DNA of 64,000 bases from Monocercomonoides exilis PA203. Its lineage: Eukaryota; Protista; Preaxostyla. Made by a program: the position numbers and the translations under genes. The stretch lies in assembly GCA_001643675.2 (NCBI GenBank), contig LSRY02000024.1:496001-560000 (forward strand), in the 5' to 3' direction. How positions within the stretch are numbered: position 1 is the stretch's first letter; every line of letters starts with the position of its first letter. Shown here one piece after another: positions 35,624 to 48,175 of the stretch. Under the pieces are notes generated by a model that had not been told where the DNA came from, ran no database searches, and saw only the letters and a list, made by a program, of their open reading frames with translations.

Positions 35624-38600
35624 TCATTCGGTACCCTTCAACTGCTTTCCAGATGAAATTGCAGCCAGAAACGACAACGGAACATCCACAGCCTGTGTGC
35701 ACGGAACAGTCACTGGAGCCAAAGGCCTCGAAGCGCTCTCGTCTGCAAGCTCTGCTTCGCCAACTGTTGGCAAAGAAGACATCATCTGCTTCCTCCGCAA
35801 TGGCTCCTCTGTCTTCATTCTTTGTGCATTTGAGGCTTCGTCTCCTGCATTTTTCCTCTTCTCCGTTGGTTCTCCAATTCTTGCTTCGTTTTCCTTCCCT
35901 CTTTCTCTTTCTCTTTCTCTTTCTTCAGTTCCTCCAACATTGTTCATCCCAAATGCAATCCTTCTTTGTATCGATAGCCAGCGCATCTTCGCCTGCTCCT
36001 TCGCCATCTCCTGCCGAAGCTGCTGCTGCACAAGCAGCCGATTCTCCCGCCACGCCTTCCGCCTCATCGCTTTCTCTCTTCTTGCTTTCTCTTCTTCTGA
36101 CTTTCCTTTTTCTTCCTTTTCCTCCCCTTTCTTCCTCCCAAACAAACTCCACTTCTCTTTCTTTTTTTCTTTTTCTTTCTCTTTCTCTTTTTGCTCCTTT
36201 TTTCTCCTCTCTCTTTCTCTCTCCCTTTCCTCCTCTTCCTCTTCCTCGTCGTCATCCAGCTCCTCCTGCACACTCATAATCATCCCTGCCAGCTGCTGCA
36301 TTCTCATCTGGCACTCACTTGCTGCTCCCATCCAACTCGCACGCTGTCTCTCCACACCCAGCTGAAATTGCCCTGCTGCACCACAGACAGAAGAGGCAGC
36401 AGGAGGCACCCCCTTCCACTGGGCACTCAGAGCATTTGGCTCATTCATTTGGATTAGGGGTGCCTGCTGAACTGGCTGAACTGGCTGAGACAGAACTGGA
36501 TTCGAGTGCTGAATGAACGGAGGAACAGAAGACGCGGCTGGAACGAAAGTGGCTTGAGAGGCAAGGGAAAGCGAAGGCAAAGAAGAAAAGAAAGATTGTG
36601 GAGGCTCCATTGGAAGTGTGCCACGACAATCATTCAGTGGAGCTTGAATAGAAATTGGCAGAGAAGAAGGAGAAGGAGGAGAAGATGATGATGAAGAAAG
36701 TGGAGAAGAAGAAAGAGGATTGCCGACAAACGAAATCGCATCTGATGAACAAGCCCTGTTCTCTGATGATAATTGCACACCTGTCAACTGCGGAATTATT
36801 TGTGCCTCTCCCTTTTTCTTTCCCTTTTTCGTTTCTTCTTCTTCTCTCTTCTCCTTTATTCCCTTCTTCTTCCTTCTCCTCCTCTCTTTCCTCCTCTTCC
36901 TCCTCTTCATCTCTTCCATCACTTCTGCCGCCTCCTCCAGCAACTCCTCCATTTTCGGTCTTTCTCTCGGATCTTCTCTCAAACACCTCCTCACAAACTG
37001 CTCCCAAAACCCGCCTTCTTCTTTTGGATGCGCCTCATTCGTCTTCTTTTGGCGTGCTATTTCTTCTGAAGATGCCACTTCTTTTCTTCTCCTTCCTCTT
37101 CCTTCTCTTCTTCTTCTTCTTCTTCTTCGCCTCTCTTCCATCCATGGCCCATCCACCCCCAGCACCTTCTCCATCGCCCGCACCCCTTCCATCCCCACTG
37201 CCTCCAGCGTCTGCCCCTTTCGCGCCATTTCTGCTGCTTCCAGCGCATTCGCCCAGCTGAACGGCACTTCCCCTGTCAGCATCTCCCACACCACCAGCCC
37301 TGCCGAATACACCACCGACGCTGCTGCTGCCGTCGACGACACACAAAACGTGTGCATCTGCTTTTGGCCGTGTGCTTGTCCCGATGGAGAGGCATTGCTG
37401 TGATCCTCCTCAGCCACATCTCCTCTCTCCTCTTCCTCTTCCTCTTCATCTTCCTCTCTCACCAGAACATTCGATGGAGTGTATGTCGGATCACGTGTTT
37501 CAGGCGCTGCATAGCGGAACGCCTCCAATCCGATGTCTGCTTCTGCGGCGGATGCAAACGAAAAAGAAGGCGAAGGAGAAAACGAAATAGCTCTGAGAGC
37601 AAACGAAGAAGAAGAAGAAGAAGAAGAATAAGAAAATGATGAAGATGGCGGTTGAATAGTCGGAGCATTTTCATCTTCTGGTGTTTTGTGCTCAGCGGCA
37701 GAATCTGACTGATCGTCTTTCTTCTTTCTTTTCTGCAGAAGCACTGCTGCCTTTAAAATGCATGTCATCTTTCTCACTTTCTCATTCTCTTTCTCCTTCT
37801 CTTTCTCTGTTTCTTCTGTGGGGTTTGTTTTGCTTTCCTTCTCTTCTGCTTCCCCTTCCACCAAAACACACCTTCCATCACCTTCTTCTTCAATCATCTC
37901 TTCTTCTGCTTCTTTTTCTATTTCTTCTTTCTCCTTCTCCTTCTCCTTTGTGTCTGTGTTCTTCTTCATCAGTTGGCAGCTCGCCTTCACAACAGAATAA
38001 ATTGATGGATGCTTCTTTGTTTCTTCTGCTGCAGACGGTGTTGGCTGTTCTTTTGCTTCTTTTGCTTCTTCTGCCTCCTTTTCTGCCTTCTCCTCTTCCT
38101 CAGAAGAAGGCAATGGCGAGGCAGATGACACCAAAAGAGGGGCAAATATCGATTCGCAGTCGATTGCAGCTGTGCCGTCAGCCAAAACAAACACCGAATG
38201 CGGAGTCAGCCGAAGCACCAGCATCAGCAGCAGCTTCTCCACATCCTCATTCACAGCAGACACCCTCAACGATGCTGGTGAGACAGAAGAAGAAGAAGAT
38301 GATGATGATGAATGAGTCGATTCACCAGAGCTGCACAGCAGTTGCAGTGCCATCTCTTCTCTTTCTCTGAAAATCGTTGACAGAATAAATCGCAGCCCAT
38401 CAATCAGCCCATACGCCACCTGAGCCACATCCACATTCGGCTTAAATGAATCCTCCTCCTCCTCTTCTTCTTCGCTTTCATCGCTTTCATCTCTTTCTTC
38501 ATCCTCTTCTTCTTCTTCTTTCATTCCAGAGCAAAATCGAGCACTTTTGCCTTCTCCCTCTTCTTCGTTCGCCAAGCAAACATTTTTACGCATCCTTGTT

Positions 38601-39421
38601 TCTTTGTTCTCTTCTGCAAAACCCTTCCTCTTCGCACTCTCACCACTCGCCTCGCTGTCGCAATCGCTCGTGTGATGTGCTCTTTCCCGAAGCCAGCTCT
38701 TCTCGCGCTGAACTGCACTCCAGTTGTGAATCAAGCGATGCACAGACACACAGCTGGCCAGCGCCTCTTTCGCCTCCCAAGAAATCGAATATGGTGCCCT
38801 GCAAATTACTGGCTCGTTTATGCTCTTCAAGCTGAAGGAAGCTGCGCTCCTGCCACTCCCTGAACAGCCTTCTCCCAGAAATTCGCTTTTCGCTTCAACA
38901 AAATGTCTGTTAACCGATGGCTGGCAACTTTTCCCTTTCAGGAACTTGCTGACACTCATCATCACCAACGGGAAAACTCGCCTTTGCGTAACAACAGAGT
39001 GCTGCAGTTGCTCGCCCCCGCACTCGTCATTGTCCAGAATTGAACAAACACAAATCCCTTTCTCTTCGCGAGTCGGTGCCTGCAACTCGCCAGCTGTTCC
39101 ACTTGCATCACAATCGAATTCATTTCCCCCGATGCCTTTGGCAGGAGGGCCTTTCCTTTGCTCAGCATTCGCTGCCGACTGCGCAGAGCAATCGCCATCG
39201 AAATTTTTCTGCTCCTCCAGCGATGCCATTTGCTTTCGGATTTCCTGCTCCCTCAGCTCCCACGGCGATACTCCGTTTTCGTTGCTGCCTTCTGATGTGT
39301 CTCGATGTTTTTTCAGCTTCCGCTGTCTGCAGCAGCAGAATATCGAAATTCCAGCAACAATTGCAACAAGAGCCCCGCCCGCTGCGCACCCAGCGATGAT
39401 GTACACAACTTTGTCGTTCAT
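35624..39421 (-). CDS. N-terminally membrane-anchored low-complexity protein with pseudokinase C-lobe motifs
   Basis: 1265-aa ORF; hydrophobic VVYIIAGCAAGGALVAIVAGISIFCCC followed by basic residues; FRYAAPE, VYSAGLVVWEMLTGEVPF, CLREDPRERP. No HRD or DFG seen. Confidence 0.75.
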   Translation of the reverse strand: MNDKVVYIIAGCAAGGALVAIVAGISIFCCCRQRKLKKHRDTSEGSNENGVSPWELREQEIRKQMASLEEQKNFDGDCSAQSAANAEQRKGPPAKGIGGNEFDCDASGTAGELQAPTREEKGICVCSILDNDECGGEQLQHSVVTQRRVFPLVMMSVSKFLKGKSCQPSVNRHFVEAKSEFLGEGCSGSGRSAASFSLKSINEPVICRAPYSISWEAKEALASCVSVHRLIHNWSAVQREKSWLRERAHHTSDCDSEASGESAKRKGFAEENKETRMRKNVCLANEEEGEGKSARFCSGMKEEEEEDEERDESDESEEEEEEEDSFKPNVDVAQVAYGLIDGLRFILSTIFREREEMALQLLCSSGESTHSSSSSSSSSVSPASLRVSAVNEDVEKLLLMLVLRLTPHSVFVLADGTAAIDCESIFAPLLVSSASPLPSSEEEEKAEKEAEEAKEAKEQPTPSAAEETKKHPSIYSVVKASCQLMKKNTDTKEKEKEKEEIEKEAEEEMIEEEGDGRCVLVEGEAEEKESKTNPTEETEKEKEKENEKVRKMTCILKAAVLLQKRKKKDDQSDSAAEHKTPEDENAPTIQPPSSSFSYSSSSSSSSFALRAISFSPSPSFSFASAAEADIGLEAFRYAAPETRDPTYTPSNVLVREEDEEEEEEERGDVAEEDHSNASPSGQAHGQKQMHTFCVSSTAAAASVVYSAGLVVWEMLTGEVPFSWANALEAAEMARKGQTLEAVGMEGVRAMEKVLGVDGPWMEERRRRRRRRREGRGRRRKEVASSEEIARQKKTNEAHPKEEGGFWEQFVRRCLREDPRERPKMEELLEEAAEVMEEMKRRKRRKERRRRKKKGIKEKREEEETKKGKKKGEAQIIPQLTGVQLSSENRACSSDAISFVGNPLSSSPLSSSSSSPPSPSSLPISIQAPLNDCRGTLPMEPPQSFFSSLPSLSLASQATFVPAASSVPPFIQHSNPVLSQPVQPVQQAPLIQMNEPNALSAQWKGVPPAASSVCGAAGQFQLGVERQRASWMGAASECQMRMQQLAGMIMSVQEELDDDEEEEEEERERERERRKKEQKEKEKEKEKKKEKWSLFGRKKGEEKEEKGKSEEEKARREKAMRRKAWRENRLLVQQQLRQEMAKEQAKMRWLSIQRRIAFGMNNVGGTEERERERERGKENEARIGEPTEKRKNAGDEASNAQRMKTEEPLRRKQMMSSLPTVGEAELADESASRPLAPVTVPCTQAVDVPLSFLAAISSGKQLKGTE

Positions 39422-39900
39422 TTGGTGTTTATCATCGAAATGTCAAAACGTGTAGCAGACAGAATTTAAAAAAAAAGATTTGTTTTCGATTCCTGATCAT
39501 TCGAGCCAACATACAATTATCTTTCCATTTTCCAAAATTTTTCAATTTTCGATATTTATTGTGATTAATCCTATGAAAAATAAGAATGAAATTTTTTGAG
39601 ATTAAAAATTGTGTTTCTGTTTGTTTCATTTATTTTTTAAATCTTCAAGAATATAAATTTAAAAAAAAGAATTGATGAAATGAGAATAGAAAGGCTTTAT
39701 TCGAGTAAAATATAACTTATTCAAATGAACAAAGAAAATTCGGAATAAATAATTTTTATTGGAATAAAATTAAGTCAAGTCACATCAAACCAGAGAAATC
39801 GAGAAATCAAGAAAGAGAGAAAAATAAAAGATCAAAGTTGAAAGAAAAAGAAATCGAAAATTGAACTTCCGAGACACGATATGCAACTAATTTCATTTCC

Positions 39901-41336
39901 TCAAATATTCACAAAATAATCAGAAATTCCAAACAATAAAACATAGAGATATTTTGTGTTAAGAAAACCAACTACTTCATGAAAGCTGATGATGATATCT
40001 TCGTATCCCTCTTCTTCCATCTTATCAAACATTTTCCTTTTTGCTGCCCTTCTTTCCACTTTTTCTGTTTTGTCATCCTCTTCTTTCAATCGACTTGACA
40101 ATGCAACAAAAATTATCAAGCAATCACATATCATTTCGTCATCAAGTGTTGGTCGTCGAATTTCCTCCAAAATAGCATCGACCGCTCCTCCTTTCAACAA
40201 GTCATCAACTCTTCCGCATTTCCTTTCTGCTGCTGTTTTGAAAGCATAAATGCATTGATTGCTTGTTTCTCTGTGATTATCCCTTGATGCTCGAAATACA
40301 CTCACAAGGCTGCCCACAAGCCCAGCAAGTTCTTCATTCCACAAATTGCAAGAGTCAAAGAAATAAAAAATGACATAGAGCCATCTCCCGATTACAAGCA
40401 ATTCTTTCTCTTCTTTTCCTCCTTTCCCCTCTTTTTTGTCCTTCCAATCCACATATTTTGAAAGTTCTTCCAGTTCTCTTGTCGCCTCTTCACCAAAACG
40501 CAGCTCATTCACAATCACTTCATTTTTGTTTTTTCCACTGTTTAATCTGAAGATCAAAAACTGCCAAGCTGACTGATAGGCAAGCTGAGTCAAGTTGCGA
40601 TGTTCCTGATGATATTCGATGATCTCAGTCATTTCCTTAAAGCACATCTCTTCTTTATCTCCCTGTTATAATAGAGGGGGGAAAATATCAACAAGAAAGG
40701 TTTTAAAATTCGACAAATGGAAATATGAATAAATCAGACACAATATCCAATGTTGCCCAAAGACAGCAAAGCCATTTCCACTTCTTTTTGAGTCTCCATA
40801 TTTTCCTCTTTTTTAAAATCGGTTTTCAAAAGACAAGAAGCACATATTGAAAGCAATTCTATAGAAAGCTGGTTGTCAAGAAAAAGATAGCATTCGCAAA
40901 GATCAGCAAGAAGCTTTTCGTTCTTTTCATCTTTTTTCTGTTCTTCATCAGCAATCATCTTCTCAATTCTTTCGTTCAACGAATTTTCTCTAAATCCATA
41001 AATACGCACATGTTTCAACGTTTTGTTATATCCCAAGTTCTTCAGCAACAGAATGGCATTCTCCAAATTCAGTTTCTTTTCCTCAATCATTTTGTGAAGT
41101 TTGTTGAATATTTCATCATCGAAAATAGATATCAACTCGACTATATTCATTCCATCAATCATTTTATTCATTTCTTCAATTTTCTGTTTTATCTCTGCAT
41201 CAGTGGAATTCATCAGTTGCAAAAGCTTCTCTTTTTAATTGAAAAAAAAAAACAATAAATAATCATTTGCTCAAAGCACAGACTTACCAAGAAATATTTG
41301 CTTTTTTGAAGGTGACTGCGAAATTGAAAAATACAT
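39901..41336 (-). CDS. Helical multicopy family, copy 2 (apparently intact); introns 41231-41287 and 40663-40739
   Basis: ATG at 41336, GTAAGT donor, in-frame joins; HRNLTQLAYQSAW, KMEEEGYEDII, SDYFVNI*. Confidence 0.85.
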
Positions 41337-44300
41337 TCAAAACAAATAATAAATTCATTTTCGAAATAATCGTGGTGCAAAAGAATTAATAGAATTAAAA
41401 ACACAAAATCCAAAATCTAATAAATAACATAGGATTCGAAACCTCTTTTGCCATCAATTATTTTTGCCTCAAAACTAGTGAATCAATGAAACAAATAAAT
41501 CTTCTTTTTGGGAAAACAAATAAGGGTGTCTAACCAATTATTTTAAAAGTTGAAATTTAAGATTGGTGATTTCCTGCAGCCTGAGCATGTTTGAGCTGCT
41601 TAGAACCACGGCTACAAATGCGCTCATGCGAGATTTAGCACTGCAGAAGAACAGGGATTTTTCTTGCAGATGGAGGAGCGAGTGGCTGTTTGCATCGATT
41701 GAATTTGAAAATTGAGTAAGTATGGGAAGTTGCATGAAATTTGAACTTGGTTACATATAGCAAAACATATGGTGCAACATCGGCCGTTATATTTTGAATG
41801 AAAAATAGCTTTAGGAAGATGCTGAAAAAGCGAGCAGAATATCAGAAAGATTGAATTGAACCGCTTGTTCATTTCGAGGGAAATGTGTTTCACTTGGCAT
41901 ATCTTTTGCATAGGACTTGCTTAATATGGTTTTTGGGCTGAAGGTTTATTTTGTGGAAAAGGAAAGGGAATTTAGTGGTTGGACAATGGAGGAAGCGAGT
42001 TGAGCAAAGCACCCAGCAGGCCTCAACAACAATCACACTTTCATTATGCACAAAACCCTTTGGAAAGCCATGAGCAAAGACTTGACGTTGAATTAGTCTT
42101 GAAAGGGGGTTATTTTCTTGTTAATATGTAGAATGTGTTATTTCATTTGGAATCATTGCCAACTTCACAATGGATTCTCTGATTTCAATCAAGTTCTATG
42201 CCACCCATTTGTTATCCAGTTGTCTGTTTTTTTATGTGGTGAAAGGCAATTTTGGAGAACAAAAAAGCCAGCTGGACTGATAATTACCAATCCATTGGAG
42301 ATGGGAAAATGTTGAAAGGCCAAAAAGATAGTTTGACTTTTTTTAATTCATTCATTTTTCTTTAATGACATTCTTTTAATGAATGCAGATTGGCCATGAA
42401 CAGGAATGCCACGAAGAGAGAGGGAAGCCTTTTTTTCGTTTTCAACAAAAGAGAAAGAAGTTTTGGAATTATTCTTGTTTGGATTGCATTCAATGATGAA
42501 ATTCGTCCTTCTTCCATCTGCCTTGCATGTTGCATAGCCTGACAATGCTTGACATGAGCTTGAAAGAGAAAAGCAGTTTGCTTTGCATATTTGTTGTGGA
42601 TGTTTGGCAGAGGCGACTCTTTTGTCGGAGCTGATGGGCTGGCTGGACATTCTCATTCAGAAAGCATCTGACTTTTCGTATGATTCAACGCTAATCTTCT
42701 TCTATAGACTCTTTGCAGTCATCGCCTTTATTGATAATGTTGTATTTCTTCTTCTCCTCCTCCTCCTTCTCCTCCTTCTCCTTCATATCTCTCAACAGAA
42801 TCCTCTGGCTGCACCAAAATCTCCATTCTGTTTATATCGCTTCTCTCCATCCAGACGCTATTAAAGCGATTCTCTGAGCGATTCGACGATTTTGGATGGA
42901 AGGAAAGGAGGAAGGTGCATTCAATAGCAGAGGCTGCTAAAAAAACACAGGTAAATAAGCACGATGAATGTGAATGCCTTCACAAGCGACTGAAGATTGT
43001 TGTGGATGGAATTGATGAGAAGCCGCAAGAAGAAACAGTTTTTGAGTGAAGTTTTAAAAGATGTTCACAAAATAAATCGAAAAAAATGAAAAGAAAAAGT
43101 GAGAAAAAGAAGAAATTCATGTCAAAAACATGCATTAATAAATGAGACAATACCCTTTTTTAATAAGCTCGTCTTCTCTCCTCTCTGATTGAAGCAGTCT
43201 GCCTTTTATCATTTCTTCCCAACCATTTATTTTTTATTAGCAAAAATCAAAAGAATATCTATGAAACACCAAAACAGAAAGAAAAGAGAGAGAGAATGGA
43301 AAAGTGAAAGTGAAAATGTGAAATTATCATTGCAAAAAAGTTTGAGTAATTTTCAATGATTTCTTTCATTCTTTCTTATTAAAGTAAAATATAAATAAAT
43401 AATACATTAATTGGATAACACACCTCAATTTGATCAAACACTTCAATCGCAATCTGTTCTGTCTTGTCGTACTTGATTCGGAATCACTCGTGCTGTTTCG
43501 AGGTTTGCTTCAAAATCCACGAAGAAATCGGTGAATCAATGATTGCCATCAAAACGATCCAAGGTGATGAAATTTCCAAAAAAAAAACGTAACAAGTGTC
43601 TTCATAGAAAAATACTTCCCAAACGGTTACACAACTGAACGATTAAAATCTTGAAATGAACTCAAAAACTCGGTTGCAATTTGATTCCGCATATTGAATT
43701 AACCTCCCTTCGCCATCTCGAATTTTTCCATCTTCGCTTAGCTTCAAAGCCTTTTGGAATGAAATCTCTTTCATTGCATGATTTATTATGATGTCCATTG
43801 TTGTCATGAAACCGTCACTTAGGGATTCAATTGTTATTCACCCTCACATCAAAAAATGTGGAGCAATGAATGAATGATCCCTTTCATCAATACTCCTTCA
43901 GCCTGAACACCCGCTCAAGAGAGGAACTTATTATAAAAGTATCTTGATCGCTTGCGATTTAAACAAACACGTGAAATCGAAACATCCAAGGAAACCAGCA
44001 AACACTTTGAAATGATAGAAATAATCATTTCGTTGAAGCAAAGATTCCAGATAACTCTTAATGCGAATTGCAAAATTAAAATGCAATTGTTTCAATTAAG
44101 ATTTGAAGTGAAGTTGGAATGCATATTATTAACTGCCAGGTTGCTGCTTTTTTGTCTCTTCCTTGTTTTGTTCTTCATAACTATTTGTTGCTTTTTCTTC
44201 ATGCTGCTCGGAATATAAAAATGGAAATTATTTTTTTAACAATTAATGCCAAATATGTGGAATATTTTCCAGTGCGATCAAAATTTCAATCGAAAGTTCA

Positions 44301-44564
44301 TCCATTTCAACGAAATAAATTATTGTTGGTTTGATCTGAAAGAAAGAAAATTCTTTCGTTTTTGACTTGATAAAGACTTTCTCGTTGGCTTCTTTGTGAA
44401 TTGCTTTTTAGCACTTATTTTTACTAAGCAAAAGAATTGAGTTTGGCCTTTCTCTTTGTTTTGTCAATCATGAACAATATTTGTTGTTTTTGTTATTTTG
44501 TCTTTTATTTGAAGTTCTGCTGCAAATTGATCTTTGAATAAAATAAACTGAATGAAAAGGTGTG

Positions 44565-46012
44565 ATGAAGTCAAATCCAATGATGATGTTCAAGAACTAT
44601 CATGTGTTGAGAAATTTTAAAGTTTGCATAAATTGCGTATTTTCAAAGATTTCATGTTTGATGATTTTTGATGATATTGGAAGAATTGTTTGATCAGTTG
44701 GAGCATTGCAATGAAACCGAACAGAAACAGAAAATCCTTGAAATGAATGAAATAATTGATGGAATGAATAATGAAGAATTTAATGTCGTTTTCACAAAAG
44801 AACTATTCAATAAAATTGACAAAATGATTGAAGAAAAGAATATGCCATTGGAAAATGCCATTGGATTGTTTAAGCATGTTGGATTTTGTGATGTTCTTTT
44901 GAATTTGTGGAGTTATGGCTTTAAAGACTCTTTGTTGTGCAAAAGATTTGAAAAGATGATTTTTAACGAAAATGAGAAAAAAGAAGGAAAGAACGAAAAG
45001 CTTCTTGTTGATCTTTGCGAATGCGATCTTTTGTTGAACAGGTTGGCTTCTTCGGAATTGCTTTCAATTTGTGTGCATTGCCTAATGAAAGTTGTGATGA
45101 ACAAGGAGGAAAGCGAAGAAGCACAAAAAGAATTGGAAATTACTTTGCTGGCGTTGAGCAATTTTGCGATGTGGAAGGTCAGATTTATTTTTTGATATGT
45201 TTTTTAATTTTATTTTTAATTTTTATTAGTTTATCGAACAAGGACTGTACTTGAAGGAAATCAAAGAAATCATCCAATATCATCAGAAACATCACAACCT
45301 CACTCGACTTGCGTATCAGTCGGCTTGGCAGTTTTTGATTTTCCGACTTTGGAGTGAAAGAAGCTTGGAAGATGTTATTGCGGATGATCTGCATTTTGCA
45401 AGAGAAGCAACAAGAGAGTTGGAGGAGCTGGCTGAAAGAGTCGATTGGAGCAAAAGGGAAGAGAGAGAAAGAAAATGGAAAAACATTTGGTGCATCAATG
45501 GGTGGTTAATAACGATGCAATAGTTCGGTGTGAATAGCGATTATTCAGGAACAGATATTGAAAGAATTGTCGCTGGTATAATTAATTTACGCAGAGTTAC
45601 GAAGAATGTTGAGAAAGAAATTGCAAGAAAATTCATATAGGTTGTTGAAAGCATGATATGTGACAGAAAAATAGGAGTCACATATAATATTTTCGATTTT
45701 GGTGAGATTGTTTTGGAGGAATTGAGTCAACCAACATTGAATTTGTCAACAACATACAGCAGCAAATATTATTTCATGTCTCTTTTTGAAATGCTGAACA
45801 GGAAAAAGGAGTCAAAAAATGCTGTTTTGAAATTGTTATCTTCAGCACCGAGTTGGCTGAAAGGAGGGTCAAACGCGGAAAATGAAGAAGAGGAAGAGGA
45901 AAAGAAAAAGATGGAGTTGAAGAAGAAAATGGCGGAAAAGATTGAAGGGAAGGCATCGAAGATATTTGTTTCAGCTTTAATGGAATGTTACTCCGAGTGG
46001 AAGATTGGATGA
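44565..46012 (+). pseudogene. Helical multicopy family, copy 3 (in-frame TAG at 45521 and 45638; first splice donor unclear; divergent 3' part)
   Basis: Family motifs in ORFs 44668, 45251 and 45653; intron 45178-45229. Confidence 0.75.
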
Positions 46013-47122
46013 TTGCAACAAATTGGAACAGTTCGAAGTGAATTTTGTGTGATTTGAAATGATATGAATATCCACTTTTGTTCAATTCATATTATTTCCC
46101 CAAAAATATCACTTCCTTTTTTTTAATTCAAAAAAGAGTTCTTCGTTCATTTTCTCCTCGTATTGAAGGGATCATATCATTCAAAAGCAAACTTATTTCA
46201 ATACGATCTTTTTTGTGTCTTTTTATACTTTCTTGGGAAGTGTCTTTTTTTTTAAATAATGTTCCAGATATAACAATTTGAGAATTATTCTAAAGAAGTT
46301 TTTTTTCCTTTTTGTTTTTTTGAAAAAATGAAAGGATTGGATGCTCGAATTCTGTGCCATTTGTATCACATTTCACAGTTAAATAAAAAAATGATTTCAA
46401 AAACGGAAGCAAGAAGAACTTTGTGACTGTGAACATTGAACCATTATCGAAAAGATTAATGAAGGGAGAATGGAAGAACAAATAAAGATACTGTTTTTTT
46501 TTTGTTGAATAATCTGAAAAATAGATGTAAAATATTTATTTTTTTAATCACAACATTTAGAATGAAGAGAAAATTATTTCTTTGATAAAATATATTATTA
46601 AAGTTATCAGAAAAAAAATATCAAGACTTTTTCAATTTTCTTTGTATTTTTGCGTTCAGTTTTCATTCTTCAATGCATGATGAAGTTTTCTGAAACAAAA
46701 TTGCTTTTTTCTGCTAAAAAATTATGATCATAAAGATTTTATCGAAAATCTTTATTTTTTGTTAATTTTTGAAATTCTTTTTTGTAATGGAAAAGATTTA
46801 AGTTTTTTTAATTATGTTTGAGAGTATTTCAGCTTTGTTTAATATTTCGTTAGAAGAAACCAAAATGGAAAAGCAAAACAAAAATTTCTCCAATATATCA
46901 ATCTCACAATTGAACAAATTGATAATAATTATGATTATTGTCAAATGTGCTTTTGAAAAGGAAGTTTAAATACATATGAATGTGATCACCTCACTTTTGA
47001 ACAAAGAGTAATATTACTATGTCAATTTGGAAACAAGAATTCAAATTCGAATTCAAAATTTTCAAAAATGTAGAATAATCTTCTAACAAAATTGTTGATC
47101 AACAGGCATCAGCAGAATATGT

Positions 47123-47389
47123 GTTATTCTTTTTGAATAGTCTCAAATGTTAAGTATTTGGGTTCAAAATATTGCCCCTTTTTTTTTAATTTTTTGTGAT
47201 AAATCGATCAAACTTGATTATTTTTTTCAAATAAGATTGCACAAACATATTTGATGCTTGAATGTGATCGTTGTGGAGAAATTTGAAGAATTGACAGCTT
47301 AAAAATGATTAAACAAGGTTTCATTTTTTATTTTTATTTTTTTTTTTTGACTCAGATATTTGACATTTGCACTTTTCAAAAAGAATAAC
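47123..47389. repeat. Short inverted-repeat (MITE-like) element with ~45-bp arms
   Basis: gttattctttttgaatagtctcaaatgttaagtatttgggttcaaa pairs with tttgactcagatatttgacatttgcacttttcaaaaagaataac. Confidence 0.5.
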
Positions 47390-48175
47390 CCAAGTTGTTA
47401 AAAACTTAGAATGAATAACAGTAAACAGATGAATTATCACATCAATCATTGATTTTCTCACTCAAACAGAAAATGCAATCATTCCTGTGATGTATGTGAA
47501 CTCGCGAAATTCTTTGAATACAAATTTCTTATTCTTATGAAATAATTCAAATTTGTTTTTCATTTTCAAAGAAACTTAGAAAATTATTATAACTCGAAAA
47601 TAATTTTTAAAACAACACAAATAATTAAAAGTTTGCATTATTTAAAACTCTAAAATTTTTTCAAAATTTTGTTGACTACAAAAAGTGTTTTTGAAATAAA
47701 CATAAAAATGTGAAACCTCTGTTAGTCATTAACAAAAACAAAAAAACTAATAATAAAAAAAATGCACAAAATATATTAAAAACGTTTAGATTAATGTCGA
47801 AAACCATTGGGTGGGTTTCAGCAGTAAGTAAGCAAAAACATAAAAAGTGCATAAAAAGGAAAAATTCTCATTAAACAATTGACTCTATACAGATTTTGTG
47901 AAATCTTTCAAAAGTGAAAAAAATGAATATTTAACAATGATAAATATAATAAATACTCTAATTATAAACAAAATTCCGTACAAAAGAAGTGAATTCGATA
48001 TACAATTCACACTGAAACAAATAATTTGAAGCACAATTGTTTGGGAAAACTTCTTGGCCACAATCCCTTTAAAGTACAAAACTTATAAAACTGAAAAAAA
48101 ATAAAAATACACACACACAAAAAAAAAGAATGATAAGTGCGAGTTACATTATTTACAAAAAAAGCTCTTTTCAAT

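Noticed and set aside
35620-39455. Multiple 200-aa + strand ORFs rich in S/F/L
   Set aside because: Antisense of the GA-rich low-complexity pseudokinase gene.
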